Assembly (NCBI RefSeq): GCF_035285525.1
Contig: NZ_JAYKGW010000023.1
Coordinates: 1 to 32,000 of the forward strand
Origin: Okeania sp.
GTDB taxonomy: Bacteria; Cyanobacteriota; Cyanobacteriia; Cyanobacteriales; Microcoleaceae
Length of the DNA: 32,000 nt
Direction: 5' to 3'
Shown: positions 25,691 to 32,000 of the stretch, piece after piece
Position numbering within the stretch: the first letter of the stretch is position 1
Layout: each line of letters begins with the position of its first letter
Notes under the pieces: model-generated
What the model saw: only the letters and a program-made list of their open reading frames with translations
Databases searched by the model: none
Told to the model about the DNA's origin: nothing
Program-made: the position numbers and the translations under genes

Positions 25691-25806
25691 CTTCACAAAT
25701 TATTTAGGATTGGAATATTTTAGTAATCTTAATATTTAAGATTTGTTTAAGAAATTAATTCTGATTATAAACTTAAGAAATTCAGAATTATAACCAATAA
25801 ATATAG

Positions 25807-26247
25807 ATGTTGATTAAGATTGAAGAATGTAAATTTAGTTTTCAAGTAGTGAAGATATATATGGAACTATTACAAGAACAAATTTTTGCTTTGACTAAAA
25901 AAGTTGAAGCAATATATATGATTATTGAGGAACTTAATGACAAGGTATCAAATTATATGATTGCGGAGAAAGCAAATAAATATCAATCTATAGACACTGA
26001 ATCTAATCTGGAACAGGCAAATGAAATCAAAGAAAAATATCAATATTTTAACCCGGAGTTAGAACATCAGGATGTGCTGGTAGATGATAATTATTTGAAT
26101 AAAAATAGTCGAGATATTGATGATGAATTAACATCAAATATTCAAATTCAAAGGTTAACCGCTCAGTTAACCGCAGCTTATAATCGCATTGCTGCTTTAG
26201 AAGAACAATTACTCTCAAAAAGAATTAAATCGTCAAATAGAGAGTAG
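25807..26247 (+). CDS. hypothetical coiled-coil protein
   Basis: 146-aa ORF. The more likely start is the ATG at 25861 (MELLQEQIFALTKKVEAIY...). A C-terminal heptad region (IQIQRLTAQLTAAYNRIAALEEQLL) is present. No family recognised. Confidence 0.5.
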   Translation: MLIKIEECKFSFQVVKIYMELLQEQIFALTKKVEAIYMIIEELNDKVSNYMIAEKANKYQSIDTESNLEQANEIKEKYQYFNPELEHQDVLVDDNYLNKNSRDIDDELTSNIQIQRLTAQLTAAYNRIAALEEQLLSKRIKSSNRE

Positions 26248-26253
26248 GGATTC

Positions 26254-26317
26254 AATAATTAATAATTAACAATTAATAATTAATAATTAATTATTACCTC
26301 TTCTGATAAAGAAGAGG
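26254..26317. repeat. composite repeat: AATTAAT-type heptamer array plus CCTCTTC...GAAGAGG hairpin (copy 2)
   Basis: AATAATTAATAATTAACAATTAATAATTAATAATTAATTATTA followed by CCTCTTC-TGATAAA-GAAGAGG and then ATTGACTAAA. Confidence 0.7.
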
Positions 26318-26450
26318 ATTGACTAAAAAGAATTTTTTTCTTTTTTCTCCATAAATGAAGATGCTTTATACCTTAAATTTTCAGTAGGAAGTAGGAGTAA
26401 ATAATTGATTTGATTATTGATAAAGTTCCTGACCTATTTGCGTAATAATT

Positions 26451-26492
26451 GGTAACACAACCTTCGGTGGTTTTTACAGCAAACGAAGGCTG
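26451..26492. repeat. family-E structured repeat, diverged single copy
   Basis: GGTAACACAACCTTCGGTGGTTTTTACAGCAAACGAAGGCTG shares its GGTAACACAA start and GAAGGCTG end with the 27773 units. It contains a CCTTCG/CGAAGG stem and lies 22 nt downstream of the cobT stop. Confidence 0.45.
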
Positions 26493-26513
26493 AACTGCAG
26501 TAGACTCAAATTA

Positions 26514-27629
26514 CTATTCTCTTTTTATTCTAGAAATATTAAAAGTTGCAAATAAATCTTCAATAGCTTTCAATAATTGACTTTGATGCCAATTTCTATA
26601 TAAATTAGCAGCGATCGCACAACCTCCACAACCCACCCCTTCTTTGACAAACCCCCTTTCATAAGCTTGTAGTTGAGGATAACCAGATTCAGCAAAACTA
26701 AGTTGTGTTGCCATCAAAGGTACAGAACCAATTTCTGCTGCTAACCCAACAGTATCTCCAGTTGGGTCTTCTGCTACCCAACGAGTTGTTCCCACCACAA
26801 TATTCTCAGGTTGCCAACCTAAAGATAAATTTTTTGCCAATGCTTGCATTAAAGCATAAACAGCTAACATTTGGGTTCCCCCAGCTAACATTACTCCCAC
26901 CTCAAGACTTGCTGTCATTGCCATTCCTGCTACTACTATTTGCATGGGATCTCCTACTGCAGCAATTAATTTTAGAGGTTGAGCAACTGGAAGCGTAGAA
27001 TTAAAAGCAACCTGTAAACCTTGACGCACCACAGCTAATTTTTGACTATGATTACATTGAGGATGACTACTATTTACTTTACCAGTAGCAGCAATACCCA
27101 AACCTAATAAAACTGCTAAAGCGGTAGTTGTTCCTCCAACTACACATTCTCCTAAAATTATATAGCTATCTTTGGTTTCATCAGCTAATTTTCGACCCCA
27201 ATAATTACCTATTTTTAATAAGTGTTGAACGGTGGCAATATCTAAAGCATGACCAGAAGTTAAACAACGAGCAGGAGTACCTCCTAAATCAATTGTTGGT
27301 ACGGTTGGTTGATGGGTTAAACCTGCATTGAATAGATAATAAGGAATATTCAAGCTATCAATAACTGCTTTTGTAATTAAAACTGGAGAAGCGCCAGCAT
27401 TTAGAGGTGGTAGTGGATATTTAGGTTGTGGTTGTAGACCATTATATAGAAATTCTACATCTGCTAAACAAGTATATTGACGGTCTTTTGGAGTTGCTCC
27501 TGCTGCGGAAATTCCAGGAATTAGACCTGTATCTGTAAATCCTAAAATACAACTAAAAATTGGTTGACTACCTCGATATTTTTGCAGCCAATTTTTTCCT
27601 TGTTGTACTTGGGTATAAACACGAATCAT
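26514..27629 (-). CDS. cobT: archaeal-type CobT (TIGR00303/UPF0284) nicotinate-mononucleotide-dependent phosphoribosyltransferase
   Basis: 371 aa. The motif GFTDTGLIPGISAAGATP and the Gly/Ala-rich core (GECVVGGTTTALAVLLGLG, VGDPMQ) are as I recall for this family. Confidence 0.72.
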   Translation of the reverse strand: MIRVYTQVQQGKNWLQKYRGSQPIFSCILGFTDTGLIPGISAAGATPKDRQYTCLADVEFLYNGLQPQPKYPLPPLNAGASPVLITKAVIDSLNIPYYLFNAGLTHQPTVPTIDLGGTPARCLTSGHALDIATVQHLLKIGNYWGRKLADETKDSYIILGECVVGGTTTALAVLLGLGIAATGKVNSSHPQCNHSQKLAVVRQGLQVAFNSTLPVAQPLKLIAAVGDPMQIVVAGMAMTASLEVGVMLAGGTQMLAVYALMQALAKNLSLGWQPENIVVGTTRWVAEDPTGDTVGLAAEIGSVPLMATQLSFAESGYPQLQAYERGFVKEGVGCGGCAIAANLYRNWHQSQLLKAIEDLFATFNISRIKRE

Positions 27630-27704
27630 TAATTCAGTTATTAGTTTATCAGTTTCTAGTTAATAGTAACGTTTTTTTACTCTGTTAAGATGTTCAATAA
27701 TTAA

Positions 27705-27770
27705 TAGACATCTGCTGAAAAGAGGCAATAGGCAATAGGAAGAAAGAACAGAATTTTATTTCGTAATGAG
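27705..27770. mobile_element. family-D fragment (left terminus only)
   Basis: TAGACATCTGCTGAAAAGAGGCAATAGGCAATAGGAAGAAAGAAC... No matching right terminus is present. It is followed directly by the 54-nt tandem repeat. Confidence 0.4.
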
Positions 27771-27772
27771 TG

Positions 27773-27880
27773 GTAACACAAGCATCTTGCTTGTTACAAC
27801 CACAGAAGGCTGTGTCACCAACATTTGTAACACAAGCATCTTGCTTGTTACAACCACAGAAGGCTGTGTTACAAGTGTAC
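27773..27880. repeat. family-E structured repeat, 2 x 54-nt tandem
   Basis: GTAACACAAGCATCTTGCTTGTTACAACCACAGAAGGCTGTGT occurs twice, starting at 27773 and 27827. Each unit contains the hairpin GTAACA(C)AAGCA-TC-TGCTTGTTAC and a second short stem CACAG-AAGG-CTGTG. Confidence 0.85.
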
Positions 27881-27942
27881 CTGACCATCCTCAGGCATTG
27901 CCGTAACAAAAAATAGAAAACTGTTTTCGATCAACAGGAGGT

Positions 27943-29448
27943 TTATAGCAGCAAAGTCAAAGACTTATCAATAGAAACTAAAGTATTCGCACAAATAACT
28001 CCAGAAGCAGCAACCGCTGGTACACCAATACCAGGCATTGTACTATCTCCTACTCGATATAAACCAGAAATAGGTGTTTGATATCCAGGAAAATTACCTT
28101 TTCCAGCAACAATAGCAGGTCCGTAAGTACCCTGATAACGACGCAAAAAGCGAGCATGAGTCAGAGGTGTACCAATTAATTCTAAAGTTATACGTTGCCG
28201 AATATCAGGAATTACTTTTTCTAATGCTAAAAACAAAGATTCTGCTTTTTCCTGTTTCCGTTGCGGATAAAATTCATCTTTTTCCCAACCAGAAAAAGAT
28301 TCCAATGTATAAGCATGAACGACATGATGACCGGGAGGTGCTAAAGTAGAATCCCAAACTGAAGGAATAGAAATCATACAAGTATTGCCGGGAAGAGAAA
28401 TATCTACCTCTCCGTCCAAAACTACTACATGATGTCCTGTTAAATCTTCTAAACCATCAGCGCGAATACCTAAGTGTAAGTGCATAAAACTTTCCACCAC
28501 AGGGGTTGCTAAAGCAGATTCTCGGAAAGAAGTGGGTAAGTCTTCAGGTTTCAACAGTTGAGTATAGGTATCCCAAATCGTAGCATTGGAAATAACAATC
28601 GGAGCTTCAATAATTTTATTTCCTCTCAAACGCACTCCTACTGCTTTGCCAGATTCTATTAATATTTGTTCGACATGAGCATTTAAAAGTAATTCACCAC
28701 CATAACGTTCCAAACCTCTAACTAGAGCATGAACTATTGCACCACTACCACCGATAGGATATTCAATCACAGAATTAGAACGTTCGCCAAACATAAACGC
28801 CACTTCTGGAGCAACAGTACCATGAGCTTTTAACCCAGACAGGAGAAAACATTCCAAGTCAATTAAACGGCGTACCCAAGGGTCTGTTACCCATTTATCC
28901 ATGATTTGCCCAACGGAACCTCCTATATCGCCGAGGGAAGGCAACATCTTTAGTAAGGATAGTCCATATTTTCCTAATAAAATTGGGATTAACCAAAAAT
29001 CAGCTCTTAAAGCTATGGGTGAAATTTCTTTCAGACCAGCATACAATTGTAAAAGATGATGTTGAAAAAGTTGTAATTCTTGAGCGCCTTGAGTAGTAAA
29101 CTTAGAGACTGCTTCTAAATAAGCTGACCCATTACCATAAACTGGCAAAACACCTTCAGGAAAATGATAATGTCCCAGAGGATCGTAGACAACTGTCTCC
29201 AGAGATTCGCCCAAAATATTGAGGACTTTTTGTAAAGGATTGAGACTGTGAGGGTCAGCTAATCCACAATAAAAAGATGGACCAGAGTCAAAATGGAAAC
29301 CTTGACGGGAGAAAGAGTGAGCTGCGCCCCCAGGAATATTATGGCTTTCACAAATTATTACTTTTTTGCCGTAGTAGGCAAGCATTGCTCCAGCAACTAA
29401 GCCCCCAATACCACTACCGATTACAATTATATTTTTTTCCGTTACCAT
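27943..29448 (-). CDS. phytoene desaturase-family FAD-dependent oxidoreductase (carotenoid isomerase/CrtD-like)
   Basis: 501 aa with N-terminal Rossmann motif VIGSGIGGLVAGAMLAYYGKKVIICE...PGGAA and C-terminal GDSTMPGIGVPAVAASG. The subfamily cannot be assigned by eye. Confidence 0.8.
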   Translation of the reverse strand: MVTEKNIIVIGSGIGGLVAGAMLAYYGKKVIICESHNIPGGAAHSFSRQGFHFDSGPSFYCGLADPHSLNPLQKVLNILGESLETVVYDPLGHYHFPEGVLPVYGNGSAYLEAVSKFTTQGAQELQLFQHHLLQLYAGLKEISPIALRADFWLIPILLGKYGLSLLKMLPSLGDIGGSVGQIMDKWVTDPWVRRLIDLECFLLSGLKAHGTVAPEVAFMFGERSNSVIEYPIGGSGAIVHALVRGLERYGGELLLNAHVEQILIESGKAVGVRLRGNKIIEAPIVISNATIWDTYTQLLKPEDLPTSFRESALATPVVESFMHLHLGIRADGLEDLTGHHVVVLDGEVDISLPGNTCMISIPSVWDSTLAPPGHHVVHAYTLESFSGWEKDEFYPQRKQEKAESLFLALEKVIPDIRQRITLELIGTPLTHARFLRRYQGTYGPAIVAGKGNFPGYQTPISGLYRVGDSTMPGIGVPAVAASGVICANTLVSIDKSLTLLL

Positions 29449-29476
29449 ATAAAATAGTTTTTAACAATAGTATTTG

Positions 29477-29730
29477 TATTTAGGGTTTACTGAATAGCTC
29501 TTTTGGCTGGGGCAGAGAGTAAGGAGTAGTTAGGGACATTGTATTTAATGTCCGTACCAGGTTAAAGGTTAGGAGAAATAGGAAATTATAGAGAGGGTTG
29601 TGGGAAGGATTGTACCTTAATTTTTCTGCTCTTGTCTGTCCAAAATTTTGACTTTTTGGTTACTTGAATTGTCAAAATTTGCACTTTTATTATAACTCAG
29701 TTCTAGTTTATAATTATAAGCTGACTAAAT
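29477..29730. mobile_element. degenerate family-A element
   Basis: TATTTAGGGTTTACTGAATAG ... TAAGGAGTAGTTAGGGAC ... CTTAATTTTTCTG is collinear with the reverse-orientation copy at 3854-4122. The right end is poorly defined. Confidence 0.35.
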
Positions 29731-29811
29731 ACAGCAATTTAAAGTAATGTTTTTTGTTGGCACTGACAACTATTAGTAGATTACATTAAACTTTCAATGA
29801 TTAAATAATTC

Positions 29812-30020
29812 GTAAGCATTCAGTCATCAGCGATCAGCTAGCTTCCTGGGTCGGAACTTTGCAATTCAGTTATTGCATTTAGTTTTGTCGATAAAAGCTT
29901 TATTATTCATAATTAAATTTTACTACAAAAACCAGTTTTCAAGTTCATATTCATTTAAACTTCAAGTTTAAGGAGGAGGTTTTATTGCTGAAAGCTGACT
30001 GCTAATAGCTGAATACTTAC
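29812..30020. mobile_element. family-B MITE-like element (long variant)
   Basis: It begins GTAAGCATTCAGTCATCAGCGATCAGCTAGCTTCCTGGGTCG, contains GATAAAAGCTTTATTA, and ends GCTGACTGCTAATAGCTGAATACTTAC. Its 3' 56 bp are tandemly duplicated (see 29970-30081). Confidence 0.65.
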
Positions 30021-30081
30021 AATAAAAGGAGGAGGTTTTATTACTGAAAGCTGACTGCTAATAGCTGAATACTTACAATAA
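29970..30081. repeat. 2 x 56-bp tandem duplication of the family-B right end
   Basis: AAGGAGGAGGTTTTATT(G/A)CTGAAAGCTGACTGCTAATAGCTGAATACTTACAATA appears twice with a single mismatch. It ends 38 nt upstream of the ATG at 30120. Confidence 0.9.
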
Positions 30082-30119
30082 TTAGAAAAATATTATCTAG
30101 GTTATCCAGGGGAAAAAAT

Positions 30120-31964
30120 ATGGAATCATTTTCAATGATAGATATAGTAGTTAAAGAATTAGAAAAAGATGCTAATCTCACTAGAATTAAGAAAGTAATT
30201 TATTGTGCTTGTGAAGGTAGATGGGAGAATGATGAATCTAAATTATCAGAAATTAACCTCCGGGAATTGATAGAAGAATTGTATAATAAAGTAGGTAATA
30301 TAGAAACCTTAGACCGTAAATTATCTCGGATAGTTTCTAAAGTAAATAAAAGAATAGAATACAGTATATTAGCACAGAAAATTCTGGGCATTGTGGGAAA
30401 GCTATATCCTGAGGAAGAAGATGAAGAAGATATGACAATTATGGAAACTGGTCCGAACTGGAGTATTGATGGTTCAGAAGATCAAACTAATTCAAAAGAT
30501 AAATTTTTAGTAGAAGAATCTTATTCAAGAGACCCTGGAGAATTATTTAATGTCCGGGAAAAAATCATCCAAAATACTAATCCATTAAAAGCAAAAATTC
30601 TGATTTTTTCTACTGTAGAACATCAATTTAGTTTTAGTGAAAGAGATTGGTTGCTATTAAAAACAAAAAGCTTAGATAGTTTACTTAGACAAATATTTAA
30701 TCTATGTTCATCTACAACAGATTTAGAAGTTTATTTGTATAGCAATGCTAATAATTTTGAAAACCCAGATGAGTATATGCAAGTTGCTAATGTAATTATT
30801 AGTGCTTTAACTTCTTGCTATGCAGAAGATATTACTGTTACCCAAGTTAGAGTCAAAGCTGAAAATTATCAAATATCACCATCAGATACAAATGATATCA
30901 ATAGTAATGATTATTTTCAGAAAATTGGTATCGATCAAAAATTTCCCAAAGAGCCAGAAATTATGAATCATCATAATGAAGAGGAAGAAGAATCTACTAC
31001 TTCATTTGAAAGTTCTAAAGAAGACATAGATAATGAGAGTACAGATCAAGAAGAATCAACAAATATTGTTCAGCCAATTGATTACTACAAAGCAGTAAAT
31101 TCGATTCCTACTAAAGCAAAAGTAGTAACTCAAGGTCATTATAAAAAAGCTGCTCTACGAGAAAGAAATATTCTAGATTCAATTAAGCAAAAATTAGAGA
31201 TAGAAAATGAAATTTCAGCTTTAGTTAACCAAAGAGTTGATATTATCATAGATGCTATAGAAGCACAATTTATTTCCTTAGAAGAAAGCTTAAATAATCT
31301 TTTAGAATATGAGCCAGAAGAAAGACGTTTATCATTCAAATATACAGCCTTAGCAAGTTTAATTAGTAATGTACAAGATAAGTCTACAAAATTTAGAGAA
31401 ATTCTCATGCAGTTAGAAACAGACGAAAGGAAAATAGTAAATTTCGAGCATTATAACAATGGGATTAATCAAGAAGTAAATTTACCAAAAGAAAGTTATT
31501 CTGGTAATTCTAATAACGGAATTAATCAAGAAACAAATTTACCAAAAGAAAGTTATTCTGGTAATTCTAATAACGGAATGAATCAAGAAACAAATTTACC
31601 AAAAGAAAGTTATTCTGGTAATTCTAATAACGGAATGAATCAAGAAACAAATTTACCAAAAGAAACTGACAATGAAAACCAACAAAAAATTATTGAATTA
31701 GCAACTCAAGGAAATCCTAAAGCTATTGCGATGATAATTAATAAATCATTTGAACAACAAGGTATTACAGTTATAGCTGGAAAGAAAAATGATTGTCTCC
31801 ATATAGTTCTAGAATCGGAACAAGTTCCAAATAAAGAAATTGTCACTCCAGTAGTGCAGCAAAAAATTACTAACTTACAATCAGAAGAACTTAAAAATGT
31901 CAAAATTCATGGCAGACAATCAGGCAATAAATCAATTATTTGGACACAAACAATTTCTGTTTAA
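30120..31964 (+). CDS. hypothetical acidic repeat protein
   Basis: 614 aa with a GGGGA motif 9 nt upstream of the ATG. The centre is acidic and low-complexity (EEEDEEDM, HHNEEEEEST). There are 3.7 tandem 19-aa repeats (NNG[IM]NQE[VT]NLPKESYSGNS). No family assigned. Confidence 0.75.
   Translation: MESFSMIDIVVKELEKDANLTRIKKVIYCACEGRWENDESKLSEINLRELIEELYNKVGNIETLDRKLSRIVSKVNKRIEYSILAQKILGIVGKLYPEEEDEEDMTIMETGPNWSIDGSEDQTNSKDKFLVEESYSRDPGELFNVREKIIQNTNPLKAKILIFSTVEHQFSFSERDWLLLKTKSLDSLLRQIFNLCSSTTDLEVYLYSNANNFENPDEYMQVANVIISALTSCYAEDITVTQVRVKAENYQISPSDTNDINSNDYFQKIGIDQKFPKEPEIMNHHNEEEEESTTSFESSKEDIDNESTDQEESTNIVQPIDYYKAVNSIPTKAKVVTQGHYKKAALRERNILDSIKQKLEIENEISALVNQRVDIIIDAIEAQFISLEESLNNLLEYEPEERRLSFKYTALASLISNVQDKSTKFREILMQLETDERKIVNFEHYNNGINQEVNLPKESYSGNSNNGINQETNLPKESYSGNSNNGMNQETNLPKESYSGNSNNGMNQETNLPKETDNENQQKIIELATQGNPKAIAMIINKSFEQQGITVIAGKKNDCLHIVLESEQVPNKEIVTPVVQQKITNLQSEELKNVKIHGRQSGNKSIIWTQTISV
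31455..31664 (+). repeat. 3.7 x 57-nt in-frame tandem repeat within the 614-aa CDS
   Basis: Units start at 31455, 31512, 31569 and 31626. Units 3 and 4 are identical over their shared 39 nt. Unit 2 differs from unit 3 by 1 nt (ATT to ATG). Unit 1 differs at a few positions. Confidence 0.95.
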
Positions 31965-32000
31965 GCAGCAGGGACTTATACCGTTTCACGGAAATTATAA

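Noticed and set aside
27694-27909. 71-aa minus-strand ORF encoding a repeated Cys-rich peptide (TAFCGCNKQDACVT twice). It superficially resembles a multi-core RiPP precursor.
   Set aside because: The repeat is simply the translation of the 2 x 54-nt hairpin-forming tandem element. Related copies at 26451 and 25440 are not in ORFs. The ORF's C-terminus runs through a family-D MITE fragment. There is no ribosome-binding site and no maturation enzymes nearby, since the neighbours are cobT and a carotenoid-type oxidoreductase. Ribo-seq or peptidomics would be needed to revive the idea.
2337-31903. Antisense or shadow ORFs in the supplied track. They are 2337-2519, 7782-7964, 14476-14664, 14932-15252, 16636-16842, 16897-17082, 18074-18337, 18253-18546, 20729-20944, 22431-22670, 26705-26998, 27128-27331, 28167-28349, 29277-29483, 30200-30391, 31139-31408 and 31706-31903.
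   Set aside because: Each lies opposite or overlapping a well-supported longer CDS. All have low-complexity or odd composition and no recognisable motifs.
1-32000. tRNA, rRNA, tmRNA, RNase P, 6S or group II intron signatures.
   Set aside because: Scanning by eye found no T-loop GGTTCGAATCC-type sequences with matching acceptor stems, no rRNA-like conserved blocks and no intron domain V consensus. The GC-rich hairpin region at 24165-24225 did not match any RNA family I know. tRNAscan-SE or Infernal should be run to confirm.

Overview
AT-rich chromosomal window that looks like a filamentous, heterocyst-forming (Nostocales-type) cyanobacterium. The basis is 11 HIP1 octamers (GCGATCGC), many STRR-like tandem heptamers and cyanobacteria-typical proteins. 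This is inference only, since no search was run.

I support 20 apparently intact CDS:
- Scattered housekeeping genes: ilvE, a Pmp3/YqaE proteolipid, speE, a SAM methyltransferase, a GT2 glycosyltransferase, argG, a VanY-type M15 peptidase, an XRE regulator, sufE, typA/bipA, cobM, lgt, archaeal-type cobT and a CrtISO/phytoene-desaturase-family oxidoreductase.
- Several hypothetical proteins.

Four genes are decayed: two Rpn-like putative-transposase-family genes carrying early in-frame stops, a Uma2-endonuclease C-terminal remnant, and a roughly 215-codon gene with a frameshift and several stops.

Intact CDS cover only about 63% of the window. The rest is filled by at least six families of short nonautonomous inverted-repeat (MITE-like) elements. 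These include nested insertions, one with a visible 8-bp target-site duplication. Tandem duplications of 54-154 bp and heptamer arrays make up much of the remainder.

By eye I found no rRNA, tRNA, CRISPR array, autonomous IS or transposase, and no recognisable defence or biosynthetic operon. I do not see a convincing novel multi-gene system. The best leads are:
- a roughly 100-bp element sitting in the same orientation directly upstream of both cobM and lgt;
- orphan plus-strand terminator hairpins with no gene to terminate;
- a 2 x 154-bp tandem unit with a perfect 20-bp palindrome upstream of argG;
- a 2 x 54-nt structured tandem repeat next to cobT;
- a 614-aa repeat protein whose 57-nt in-frame repeats are almost identical.

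All element boundaries are approximate, and all family names (A-G) are mine.
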